A stretch of 64,000 bases of DNA from a virus, in the IMG/VR virus record IMGVR_UViG_3300024336_000001, positions 1 through 64,000 of that record, one strand, 5' to 3'. The notes beneath the pieces are model-generated. The model made no database searches. It was not told where the DNA came from and saw nothing but the letters and a program-made list of their open reading frames with translations. Positions 9,542 to 18,488 of the stretch are shown one piece after another (within the stretch, counting starts at the first letter, position 1; the number at the start of each line of letters is the position of its first letter). The translations under genes and the position numbers were made by a program.

Positions 9542-10686
9542 AATACTGGCTCCCTTTCAGCTTCAACCGGGATCATTTTCTTTTCCAGTTGAGCATAAAT
9601 AAGGCTGTGGATTTCAGCTCTTATTGCTTTCTCAAAAATCCCCCTCGACTTATCCTCTCCATTTTTCCCACGCCTTTCAAATTCGCAAATAAAATTATTT
9701 TTCGAAACCGCTTGCACAGCAACACTCCTTAGCCTCGTATATTCTTCGTCAAATTCATCAAAAGCGTCTAATTTTTTTGATGCTAAATCTCGTATTTTTT
9801 GTTTCAACCCAACCTGTTTTTTCAGCGTTGCTTCCCGTGCCGTCTTTTCTCCTTGTGCTTTAGCTTTGTTTTCCATTTCCCGGATTTCTTCCTCGAGATA
9901 TTCCCAAGTATCGGCTTGTTCGTTATTGTGATAAATAAACTGAATCCAAGCTCCTTTCGACTTCTTTGGCTTTTGTCCTTCTACAGTCATCTTAAGCTCT
10001 ACATAGCGTTTTGATAATTTAGTTTTTAGATGGTCATTTTTCTTAATAATTTTTTTACTAAAAGACCCCACCCCTTTTTTTTCTGTTGGAGGTGTTTTTA
10101 ATGTTAAATTGGGTTTATTATACGTGCGCGCATGATCCCTGCTGTTTTCGCTACTTGATATTCGACAGGGGGTATGCTGATTTCCCTGTGTAATTTCGAC
10201 AGGGGGTATGCTGACGGTTATGCCTGGGGCCGACTGGGTGTCTTGGGTTTGATCTTCCTCGGCACTCTGCGGATAGGCTAGAGTCTGTCCATTAAATTCA
10301 ATTTTTGGACCTTCTGATTTTGGAGGATCTTTGGGGTATTCTTTGTCATCACGGTAGCCTTTAAAAATTGCTACGTTAAAAGTGTAGATGTTTTCCCCTC
10401 CCACCTCTCGCTCAATAGTTAAAAACCCTTTTTTCTCAAGCTCTTTTATAAACCTGTCTTTTTTGTATCTTGTAAGCCCGAATTCTTCCTTAATCTCACT
10501 GTTTTTAACTTTTAATTGGTTTCCATCTTGTTTTGTCAAAGCTATTTTTGAGCCTAACGCAACATAGAAATAGGCGATTTCCCAAGATAGTTTAGACTCT
10601 TTAACAAAAGAATGGATATCTTCCAGTTTGACGTAGTTGTTTTGTTTGCACTTTTGAACCATAATAAATACGGTTTTTAGAGACAA
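9535..10686 (-). CDS. Winged-helix replication initiator (lambda O/plasmid Rep-like)
   Basis: N-terminal wHTH (EIKEEFGLTRYKKDRFIKELEKKGFLTIER..GGENIY), low-complexity linker with DNA direct repeats, adjacent to parAB. Confidence 0.6.
   Translation of the reverse strand: MSLKTVFIMVQKCKQNNYVKLEDIHSFVKESKLSWEIAYFYVALGSKIALTKQDGNQLKVKNSEIKEEFGLTRYKKDRFIKELEKKGFLTIEREVGGENIYTFNVAIFKGYRDDKEYPKDPPKSEGPKIEFNGQTLAYPQSAEEDQTQDTQSAPGITVSIPPVEITQGNQHTPCRISSSENSRDHARTYNKPNLTLKTPPTEKKGVGSFSKKIIKKNDHLKTKLSKRYVELKMTVEGQKPKKSKGAWIQFIYHNNEQADTWEYLEEEIREMENKAKAQGEKTAREATLKKQVGLKQKIRDLASKKLDAFDEFDEEYTRLRSVAVQAVSKNNFICEFERRGKNGEDKSRGIFEKAIRAEIHSLIYAQLEKKMIPVEAEREPVLC
10161..10214. repeat. Iteron-like direct repeat inside the rep-like gene
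   Basis: TTCGACAGGGGGTATGCTGA at 10161-10180 and 10195-10214; the 34-bp period is out of frame. Confidence 0.7.
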
Positions 10687-10785
10687 TTCACCCCCGTTAC
10701 TATTGACAAAATTAAGAAATTCAATTAATCTTGAATATAGTAAATCGTTTTAAGCTTATAAAAGAGGACCAACTCAAAGCTTAGT

Positions 10786-10825
10786 AAAAAGACTCTATTA
10801 ATTACCAGTTAATAGAGTTTTTTTT
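10786..10825. terminator. Intrinsic terminator-like hairpin between parB and rep
   Basis: AAAAAGACTCTATTAA-TTACCAG-TTAATAGAGTTTTTTTT inverted repeat with A/T tails. Confidence 0.6.
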
Positions 10826-10945
10826 ATATATAAACACATGTCTCTCTCAAACCTGCCTCCTTTCAATTTTTATTTAGCCATTAATATGGCTCTTATATTC
10901 TCATATCTTGAAGATATAAGGCCCATATTAAGCAAAAACCCCGCT

Positions 10946-11794
10946 TTAGCGGGGCTTCCGTTCTTTCAGTTGTTTTCTAGCTCTAATTATAAAGTTCTCA
11001 CAGATTCCTATTTTACGCAAAACTTCATCTTCTGGTTCTTTATTATGTATCTTTAACTTTAAACCTACAGCGTTAGCCATTTCTTTTATGCCCTCACGGG
11101 TTTCATATTGTCTTTTTTTAGCAGAAACATCGTTGTTGTTTTCAGACGCTAATAAACCAGCAACATCTGTTTCTGGCATATCAATAAAACTCATAGTTTC
11201 TTTAAAGGTATATTCTTGTTCCCGTAAAAAAGCCTTTTTATCAAGGCTTAGGTTATTAATTTGACTTAGTTTTTTTATCCAAGATAAAGACCTGTGTATT
11301 TTCTTTGCCATTTTTTCTAAAGTAAGGCCGAGGTCTTTTTTTACTAATAAAACTGCTTCCGCAGTATCAATAGGGTGTAAATCTATTCTTTGAAGATTTT
11401 CATCAAGCTGTGCTAGAGATATTTCAACAGGATCTTCTGTATATTCAGTGACCCGGCCTTTAATTGTAGCGGCCCCAATCAACTTGTGTGCCCTATATCT
11501 ATTCTCTCCAAATTTTATAATATAACGATCTCTATCTGTAGGGTGTTTCATGACAGATATTGGTTGAGACAACCCTCTATCTTTTATAGATTCAGACATC
11601 TCCGATATTTTCTCTTCATTGAAGCTTGTGCGAACCTGTTTTCGAATTTCTATATTATCTAAAGGAATATCCAGCACAATAGAGTCTTTGTAGGTTAATA
11701 TCTTATACTCTCTGTCTTCAGCATCACTAGGAGAAGGAGATATTTTTTGCAAAGTCTTATCCATGTTTTTTGAAATTCTTTCTTTATTCTTCAT
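10946..11794 (-). CDS. parB: ParB/Spo0J partition protein
   Basis: QVR..F, GLSQPISV, GENRYRA arginine patch, ENLQRIDL and HTH. Confidence 0.9.
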   Translation of the reverse strand: MKNKERISKNMDKTLQKISPSPSDAEDREYKILTYKDSIVLDIPLDNIEIRKQVRTSFNEEKISEMSESIKDRGLSQPISVMKHPTDRDRYIIKFGENRYRAHKLIGAATIKGRVTEYTEDPVEISLAQLDENLQRIDLHPIDTAEAVLLVKKDLGLTLEKMAKKIHRSLSWIKKLSQINNLSLDKKAFLREQEYTFKETMSFIDMPETDVAGLLASENNNDVSAKKRQYETREGIKEMANAVGLKLKIHNKEPEDEVLRKIGICENFIIRARKQLKERKPR

Positions 11795-12645
11795 TTATTT
11801 GTTAACTCCAGAACCTTGTTGGCCAATTTAATATAATCTTTTGAGCCTTGGCAATTTGGTTTATAGTCAATAATTGCTTGTGCCTCACCATGTGCCTCGT
11901 CAAGAGATATGTTTTTTCTAATGGCGATGTCATCCCAAAATATATTTGGACAATTTAGCATCATTGACTCCCTGGCAGCGTTAGACGTGTTAACGTTGGT
12001 TTCAAAAAAAGTTAAGAAAACCCCTAAAACATCGGCTTCTGCGTTATAAAGTTTTTTACACTTACTCAAAGTCTTTAAAAGACTCTTAAGTCCGAGGAGG
12101 GCAAGTTTCTTTGCTTGTAAGGGCACAAGTAAATGCTGCGCCGCTATTAAGGAGTTGAAAAAAATAAGGCTCATAGAGGGCGGTGTGTCTAAAATAATAT
12201 ACCTGAATCTACTTAAATAATCGCTTTCACGGTCAAATATTTTTTTTAAAACAGATACTCTATGGCGATATGAGGCTAATTCTAAATTAACTTCTTCTAA
12301 AACTAAACCTGTGGGGATGATCTTTAATCGCTTTCTCGCTGTTGGCAAGACAAGTTCCTCTAACTTTTGCTTTTGCATAAAATCCATATCCACCAAGTTT
12401 TCGTTTACGGCTTGAATGAATTGATAAAACATAGTTTCTTTTCTATCTATCTCATCAGGGTCTTTGTCTGAAAAAACAGCAGTTGCATTACCTGAAGGAT
12501 CTAGGTCGCATAATAAGATATCTCCATCGACATCAGCAGAATAAATAGGATCTGAGAGGATGGCCGCTAAATTAATAGCCGTTGTGGATTTGCCCACACC
12601 GCCCTTTTGATTTGTAACTGCAATAATATCTGTTTTTCGAGCCAT
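11791..12645 (-). CDS. parA: ParA/Soj partition ATPase
   Basis: NQKGGVGKSTT deviant Walker A, DLDPSGNAT, IILDTPP. Confidence 0.95.
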   Translation of the reverse strand: MARKTDIIAVTNQKGGVGKSTTAINLAAILSDPIYSADVDGDILLCDLDPSGNATAVFSDKDPDEIDRKETMFYQFIQAVNENLVDMDFMQKQKLEELVLPTARKRLKIIPTGLVLEEVNLELASYRHRVSVLKKIFDRESDYLSRFRYIILDTPPSMSLIFFNSLIAAQHLLVPLQAKKLALLGLKSLLKTLSKCKKLYNAEADVLGVFLTFFETNVNTSNAARESMMLNCPNIFWDDIAIRKNISLDEAHGEAQAIIDYKPNCQGSKDYIKLANKVLELTNK

Positions 12646-12652
12646 GTCTTAT

Positions 12653-12871
12653 TTATACCTTTTTCTTGCTTTTATTTATGACCGCAAAATCTTTTATGTG
12701 TTTAACATCTTTTTCAGTATAATATCTATAACCGTTATCTTCTCTTTTGGGCGCAGGTAAAAGCTTATGTTTTTCCCAGCGATTCAAAGTTGCTATAGAG
12801 ATGCCTGACATCATTGCTGCTATTTCTGCTTTAAATTTCTTAGCCATAATAAATAGAGTATCATAGGGCAA
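12653..12871 (-). CDS. MerR-type HTH protein
   Basis: GISIATLNRWEK..LL.PKREDNGYRYY; probable start at MAKKF. Confidence 0.8.
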   Translation of the reverse strand: MPYDTLFIMAKKFKAEIAAMMSGISIATLNRWEKHKLLPAPKREDNGYRYYTEKDVKHIKDFAVINKSKKKV

Positions 12872-12937
12872 AACCTATGTCAACATCTTGGTGATGATAT
12901 AGGTCTTTGGTGTTGATAGTGGTTTATTTAATTTAAG

Positions 12938-13011
12938 GGAAAAGTACATCCGATGTACTTTTCCGATGGCGGCCAACGGGCTAAGACCAAAAGTACATCG
13001 GATGTACTTTT
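12938..13011. promoter_or_regulatory. Two copies of a 23-bp palindrome, parS candidate
   Basis: GGAAAAGTACATC-C-GATGTACTTTTCC (12938-12964) and AAAAGTACATC-G-GATGTACTTTT (12989-13011), upstream of the parAB operon. Confidence 0.7.
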
Positions 13012-13670
13012 TAAATTAACAGCTTTTTTATGGCGGGGTTGCTTGGCCCCATTAATGATAAGTCTGTTTCGACCGCAAACAGCAACCTAACCGCAGCATG
13101 GCTTAAGTGCTTATCTTGTTTGTCTCCTGCCAAATATGCCCAGATGTGGGTTTGGGCGTGGTTGATGTGATCGTTTGCAGAAATCAGCCTCCAGTTTTCT
13201 TCCGGGCCGTGTGACTTTGCACCTTTTTCTAAAACTTTAGCGCACTCAAGCATAGTCCTTGCCGGGTAATCGGACAGTGTGCCTCTTCGGGATATTTCTC
13301 TTTTTGTAAGATCGGACTTTGTGGTGAATTCTATATTAAGAACCCTGTCGGATAAACTTGCCTCTAAAGCAAATAAAATATACCCAGCCGCACAGTATAA
13401 AGAATATTCAGCCTCGTTACTGTCGCAGCCTTGCTGAATTATTAACAAAGCCGCTAAAGACTTATTTAAAAATGTATTTACAATCTCTTTTGATTTGTCT
13501 TCTATGTATTCCGATGGACAGGCCAGGACACGTATGTAGCTTTGTAGCGAGAGTAATGCTTTGGCTGGAAGCAGATCGCACCTATAAGGGATTGCGCTTT
13601 GAACCCCACCTTTTTTATTTGCATACAATTTTGTTTTGGGACTAAGCCCATCTAGTGCCTCTTTTATCAT
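13011..13670 (-). CDS. dATP/dGTP diphosphohydrolase-like protein (DUF5664 family)
   Basis: YRCDLLP; AKVLEKGAKSHGPEENWR; HAQTH; HLSHAAVRLLF. Confidence 0.7.
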   Translation of the reverse strand: MIKEALDGLSPKTKLYANKKGGVQSAIPYRCDLLPAKALLSLQSYIRVLACPSEYIEDKSKEIVNTFLNKSLAALLIIQQGCDSNEAEYSLYCAAGYILFALEASLSDRVLNIEFTTKSDLTKREISRRGTLSDYPARTMLECAKVLEKGAKSHGPEENWRLISANDHINHAQTHIWAYLAGDKQDKHLSHAAVRLLFAVETDLSLMGPSNPAIKKLLI

Positions 13671-13828
13671 TTTACGTCCTCGCTTTTTGTTTTTATTTCT
13701 TTGTTATAAATTCTTACGATTCCCATAAGGCTCGTTTTTATTAAGTCGTTATTCGAAAAATGCTGATTGTCTTTGAGCCATTTTTCTATGCAGACATAAA
13801 AAAGCTGCTCGTCAATTTTTTCTGGCAT
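13667..13828 (-). CDS. Small hypothetical protein, not in the ORF track
   Basis: MPEKIDEQLFYVCIEKWLKD..., 53 aa, ATGA overlap with the next gene. Confidence 0.5.
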   Translation of the reverse strand: MPEKIDEQLFYVCIEKWLKDNQHFSNNDLIKTSLMGIVRIYNKEIKTKSEDVK

Positions 13829-14126
13829 TATCAAATCTCGTTGGTTTTAACTTAAGTCGCCGGGCATATCTTTTGTGTGTTTCATCGTTGCTCTCTATTA
13901 GTTTGTCGTATACGTGTGCCCGTATCCATCTTTTTTCAAGAAAACCATAGTTTTTTTTAGATACCCACTCTCTATAAAGTTTCAGGGCATCAATTCCGTT
14001 ATTGGGCTTGCTTTTTCTAACCTTTTCTAGGTGATCTAAAAACAATTTTGCCCCATTGCGAAAAAAATCACTGATATATGAATCATGTGGGTTTTTGTTT
14101 GGTTGCCTTGGTTTTGCCTGCTCCAT
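13812..14126 (-). CDS. Hypothetical protein
   Basis: ORF track; co-oriented cluster. Confidence 0.5.
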   Translation of the reverse strand: MEQAKPRQPNKNPHDSYISDFFRNGAKLFLDHLEKVRKSKPNNGIDALKLYREWVSKKNYGFLEKRWIRAHVYDKLIESNDETHKRYARRLKLKPTRFDNARKN

Positions 14127-14296
14127 TCATCTTGCCCTCACAAAATTAATGTAACAAATCTTATTTCGAGTTGATTTTGAGCGCAAAGTTCTAGCATAAA
14201 GCCACTTTGTCAATAATCTAATGTGACTTAAAAGTGACGTAATGACACCTTTTTTTTGATTCCCTTGAATGTAAATGAAGCTGTATGGCATAAAAT

Positions 14297-14488
14297 TCAC
14301 TCCGAATAAAATATACGCTCTAAAATTATTAAGGCGACTTCGTTTCTTTTTTCTTCCGGGGTATCAAGCTCATCCATCAAAATACAGGCAATGTTGTCAA
14401 CATAACTTTGCTTAAAATCCGGGGCTGCATCAAAGGCATCCTTCATCATTTTTCTGATTTTATTTATATTCATACCTTCCTCCATCAC
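14297..14488 (-). CDS. Hypothetical protein
   Basis: ORF track; GGAGG RBS before an internal Met. Confidence 0.5.
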   Translation of the reverse strand: MMEEGMNINKIRKMMKDAFDAAPDFKQSYVDNIACILMDELDTPEEKRNEVALIILERIFYSE

Positions 14489-14634
14489 ATTAAAATAGTT
14501 GAGAATGTTATTAGCCCGGCACTAAACCAATATAGGGCCTTTGGTAAAATACCCTGCGTTAGAAAAACTAATGCGGCCAATAAGTCTATTACCACCAGGG
14601 CCACAGGTAAAATATTCTCAATAGGAAATTTCAT
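14485..14634 (-). CDS. Small two-helix membrane protein, not in the ORF track
   Basis: MKFPIENILPVALVVIDLLAALVFLTQGILPKALYWFSAGLITFSTILM; abuts both neighbours. Confidence 0.55.
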   Translation of the reverse strand: MKFPIENILPVALVVIDLLAALVFLTQGILPKALYWFSAGLITFSTILM

Positions 14635-14832
14635 CTATATTCCAGGTCCCCTTCGCTTGGCTTTTCTTTTTTCTCTCAACTCACGCTCTTTTTTCCTTTT
14701 TTCTTTTTCAAGAAGGCGTGTCTTTTTTTTGTAAATAGCATGTGCCCTTGCAGTTTGACTGCGCCTCTGTTCTTTCTCATTCCTGCGCCGCTGCTCTCGA
14801 TTAGGGCCTGCGTGTACCGTTGTTGTTGTCAT
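14635..14832 (-). CDS. Small Arg/Lys-rich protein
   Basis: NREQRRR motif; coupled to its neighbours. Confidence 0.45.
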   Translation of the reverse strand: MTTTTVHAGPNREQRRRNEKEQRRSQTARAHAIYKKKTRLLEKEKRKKERELREKRKAKRRGPGI

Positions 14833-15332
14833 TAATTAACCTCCATTTTTTGAGTACAAATAAATAAACCGTTTTCGGTTTGCACTGTATGTGTATACGA
14901 AATGGTGTCTTGTCCAGTTGGCCTCAGCTCGTGAAGCCTTGATTGTTCGACAACCAGGGGTTTTCCGTTTGAAAGAATGTGATGAAAAACAAAATGTCCA
15001 TTAGAGCATTTCTTTGACTTTTGCGGCTTTGGTTCTGGAGAATTAACATGACAAGCCGGAGGTTTTTGTTTTTTTGGTGTTTCCGAAGTGACTAAATCAA
15101 CCTCTTTTCGAACATCGTCTATCATATTGCAAAGCTTTATGGCTTCCTGGAATTCTTCGTGTGAAACTCCGGCAAGCTTAAGAAGCACACCAATAAAAGC
15201 GTCTGGCACACTTGCAATAAGTTTAGCCAGCACTGTTATCCCCCACGTTGGAAACCTGACGGCATTGTTTCCGGTCCGAATTTGACTAATAACCTCTTTT
15301 TTTAATTCACTAAGATTTATATTTTTTGCCAC
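14832..15332 (-). CDS. Hypothetical protein
   Basis: ORF track; GGAG RBS. Confidence 0.5.
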   Translation of the reverse strand: MAKNINLSELKKEVISQIRTGNNAVRFPTWGITVLAKLIASVPDAFIGVLLKLAGVSHEEFQEAIKLCNMIDDVRKEVDLVTSETPKKQKPPACHVNSPEPKPQKSKKCSNGHFVFHHILSNGKPLVVEQSRLHELRPTGQDTISYTHTVQTENGLFICTQKMEVN

Positions 15333-15335
15333 TAA

Positions 15336-15572
15336 TCAAAAACTCCTGATTGCAGGATGAAACCCCGGCACTTGATTAACAAGCGGCAGGGCTTTGTCCT
15401 TTTTTAAATACCAACTACGGATAACCTGTATTGCCTTGAAAAAATCGAGAGGGACCAACTCTTTTGTTTTTTCGTAGTAATCTCGAATATCGGGATCGAG
15501 ATCCTTCAAGGTGATTTTTTTTGAGCAAATACAGGCCATTTCCCATTTGCTGATATTTTTGTTTTTAGTCAT
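15336..15572 (-). CDS. Hypothetical protein
   Basis: ORF track; coupled to the upstream gene. Confidence 0.45.
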   Translation of the reverse strand: MTKNKNISKWEMACICSKKITLKDLDPDIRDYYEKTKELVPLDFFKAIQVIRSWYLKKDKALPLVNQVPGFHPAIRSF

Positions 15573-15882
15573 AAATAGCTTCCTCGATCAATGTTTTATG
15601 CTTTGGCCCACAAAGCAATCTTTTTTTAAAATCTCCACAAAGCAACCCATCAAAAGTTTCACGAATGAAATGGGCAACGGGAATTCCGTGGCTTTTTGCT
15701 ATTTCTTCAGCTTTTTTGTAGGACCGTGAAGTAAACCTGATATCTTTACGTATAGTTTTTGACCGAGATCTCCGTTTAGAGTTTGTTTTCTCCCGCTTAT
15801 AATTGGCTTCAATTTCTTTTGTTATAGGAGAAAGTGTGATGTTTATAGGGCTTCTTGCACAAGTTAAACTACTAGCCTGCAT
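15565..15882 (-). CDS. Ribbon-helix-helix-like DNA-binding protein
   Basis: IRFTSRSYKKAEEIAKSHGIPVAHFIRE. Confidence 0.5.
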   Translation of the reverse strand: MQASSLTCARSPINITLSPITKEIEANYKREKTNSKRRSRSKTIRKDIRFTSRSYKKAEEIAKSHGIPVAHFIRETFDGLLCGDFKKRLLCGPKHKTLIEEAIYD

Positions 15883-16246
15883 AACTAACCCCTTCTTTTT
15901 TTGTAAGTTGAGTTGCCTTTAAGCCGATGTAACTAAAGAAATCTTCAACAAAACCGCCTAAGAAATTCTGGTTAATGCGGTAATAAATACAGCGACCAGT
16001 TCTACCCTCGTTTATAACCAAGCCAGTTTTTCTTAGGATATTTAAGTGATGCGTAACGGTGCAGTTTTCCAAAAAGAAATTTGCTTTAAGCTCTTTTGGA
16101 GTTATGGCCCCTTTGCGATTAATGTATTTTAAAAATCTAATTCTATCCGGGTTGCTAAGTGCCAAAAAAATCTCTCTGAAGATAAACTCCAGATCTTCAA
16201 TTATCTCATCAGTAATATAATCATAAGCGTGTTCCGCTTGGTTCAT
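15872..16246 (-). CDS. ArsR/SmtB-family HTH regulator
   Basis: FLALSNPDRIRFL...TVTHHLNILRKTGLV...GRCIYY. Confidence 0.8.
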   Translation of the reverse strand: MNQAEHAYDYITDEIIEDLEFIFREIFLALSNPDRIRFLKYINRKGAITPKELKANFFLENCTVTHHLNILRKTGLVINEGRTGRCIYYRINQNFLGGFVEDFFSYIGLKATQLTKKEGVSYAG

Positions 16247-16265
16247 AACTTGCCCTCCTTACTTG

Positions 16266-16481
16266 CTACTTAAATAAATGTGTCGATGCCTCCAGGAAAA
16301 GTGAAATAAAAATAATCCCAATTAAATAACCGCTTAAAATAAGCGTGACCAACAAAACAACCACTAGCCCGTAACCTAAAAACAGGGGCCAGGTTAAAAT
16401 CCTTTTAAATAGCTTTCCAAAATTAATGAAGCGGGGTAGGGCAGGGGATGAAATATTGGTAGTCATTATGCTGGCATCCAT
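16266..16481 (-). CDS. Small membrane protein
   Basis: Long hydrophobic stretch. Confidence 0.4.
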   Translation of the reverse strand: MDASIMTTNISSPALPRFINFGKLFKRILTWPLFLGYGLVVVLLVTLILSGYLIGIIFISLFLEASTHLFK

Positions 16482-16733
16482 AGCGGGTCCCTTTTAAATT
16501 CAACCATAAATATAATAAACATAATTTTGCAGCCCCTTTTCATATGCAAAAATAAATCCCAATAAAATAAACAAAATTCAATTTCTCTATATTTCCAAAA
16601 AACCATAAAAAAACAAAAAGGTCAATAGGTTTTACAATAATAATAAACAAGATATTTCAATGTTTATTAATTTTCATAAGTGGGAATATTATAGTATGAA
16701 GGTCGGTACGCCGATCAAGTTGACGCATGGGGG

Positions 16734-16759
16734 AAAAGTACGCTGTTTAGCGTACTTTT
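16734..16759. promoter_or_regulatory. Operator-like palindrome upstream of the XRE repressor
   Basis: AAAAGTACGCT-GTTT-AGCGTACTTTT. Confidence 0.6.
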
Positions 16760-16782
16760 AATACTAAATTGAGGCTGAGTTA

Positions 16783-17271
16783 ATGTGGTATAAAATACTT
16801 AAGGAATATATTAAAACGTCAAAAATGAGCCTTGTTCAATTTGCCGGGATACTTGGCATTTCTAAGCAATACCTAAGTGACATTCTCTCTGGTAGAAAAC
16901 CGCCACCAAATGCAGACACCATTATAAAAATCCTAGAATATTTTGAAAATAAGTTAGCATTATCACACGAAGAGGTTTATGTTTTTTTAGTAGCGGCCAT
17001 AAAAGAAAAAGCCCCGGAGAATATTAGGCGTTTGCTAAATGAGCTTGGAGCCAGGCTCCACCAAGAGATTGTTGTAAATGAGCAACTAACGAACGAGATA
17101 CAAAAAAGAGAATTGCACGAAGTTATTATTGGGCAATATACACATAGAATCTTGCAGGGAATATCTTTTATTGATGAGTCTGACAAGGCTTTGGTACTCA
17201 GGTTTATGGACTCACTTTTAAATCAACCGACAGATAGAATCGTTAAATTTCTGGAGTTGATAGAGCCATAA
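16783..17271 (+). CDS. XRE-family repressor 1
   Basis: MSLVQFAGILGISKQYLSDILSGRKPPP HTH; divergent from the leftward operon. Confidence 0.8.
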   Translation: MWYKILKEYIKTSKMSLVQFAGILGISKQYLSDILSGRKPPPNADTIIKILEYFENKLALSHEEVYVFLVAAIKEKAPENIRRLLNELGARLHQEIVVNEQLTNEIQKRELHEVIIGQYTHRILQGISFIDESDKALVLRFMDSLLNQPTDRIVKFLELIEP

Positions 17272-17519
17272 CATAGGGTTTTAAACGATTTGTTTAGGCA
17301 TAAAAAATAGCAAATTAGGCACGGAGTGACTGGCGACAGCTAACTGGCTTTTTGGGGCCTTATATATACATATACATATAAACCTATAAAAACAAAAAAT
17401 AATATAAAACAAAAAAATAGTTAAAAAAGCTAATATAAGGAATTAGCGGAGTGAAAACGCATAGTTTTTACATAATCTCGCAATAACAAACCCCCACACA
17501 AAAGGATTGAGCCTAAACC

Positions 17520-17896
17520 GGACATAATCCGTTTCACTTTGGACATAATCCGTAAAAAAGTGGACATTTTCCGTTAATAAGTGGCTATAATCCGTAGTGC
17601 TAAAAATAGCTAGGCACGAAATTGGACATAATCCGTAAATATAGCAAAAAACACCAAAAATAAATTTCAAACGAAAAAAATTTTGAAAAAATAAGACGCT
17701 GGAAAAACTTCACCATTATTATAAAGAAGCGAATACGCCAGAGATCATTATAGGAAAACAGCCAGAAAAACGGATTATGTCCGATTTACGCACGAAGTCT
17801 AAAGAAAACTACGCCTTATGCTCAGTTTTTAACGGATAATGTCCAGTAAAATGCGGAAAATGTCCAAAAAACAGCACCTAGATACGGAAAATGTCC
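17520..17896. repeat. Inverted double array of a 13-bp repeat (GGACATAATCCGT)
   Basis: Forward copies at 17520, 17541, 17562, 17583, 17624; reverse copies at 17770, 17811 (degenerate), 17832, 17853, 17884. Confidence 0.9.
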
Positions 17897-18488
17897 AAAT
17901 TAAATAATGAGGGAAAAATAGAAAGCCCGGCCAAGCATTGTGTTTTATGGCGATAGCAAAAAGCTTTGAAACCTTAGTGTTAAGGAGGGCAACCTTAACT
18001 ACCACAAATGCTTGGCGGGCCATTAGGGGGTAAAGGGACTCTACCCAACAATTCAAGCATACAGCAGGGCCAAGGAAAATGTCATTTTAGTTTTTGGTAT
18101 AGGTTACAGAATAACCTTACGCACAAAGATAGCGAATAAAGGCAATATGCAAAAGCACTCAAGCAATAACATTAAACAACTAAAGAAAATGCGCTGTGCG
18201 GCAAAATACAGGGGTGGTTTTTTGGCAAAAAAGACAGCAATTAGAAAATCAAAGAAAAGCCAAGGAAGATCTCCGGGGGAGGTCATTTTATTCCTGGAGG
18301 CTTTTAAAAGCAAGACGCCAGTTAAAAAATTGAAGTTCTGCGTGTGGTGTGGAGGCCCTGCCTTCCCTATGGGTTTGGTTTTTTTCGCTCGTGTAAACAC
18401 CCCACCCCCTTTATATATAATGATTTGAGCCTAAGCAACACAAAAACAAGTCGTTTTTACTTGCATAATTACCCCTAAAATCGTGCGT

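Noticed and set aside
13011-13670. Z-genome (2-aminoadenine) pathway
   Set aside because: No PurZ or dedicated DNA polymerase is in the window.
17520-17896. CRISPR array
   Set aside because: Repeats are 13 bp with mostly 8-bp gaps, occur in two orientations, and no cas genes are present.
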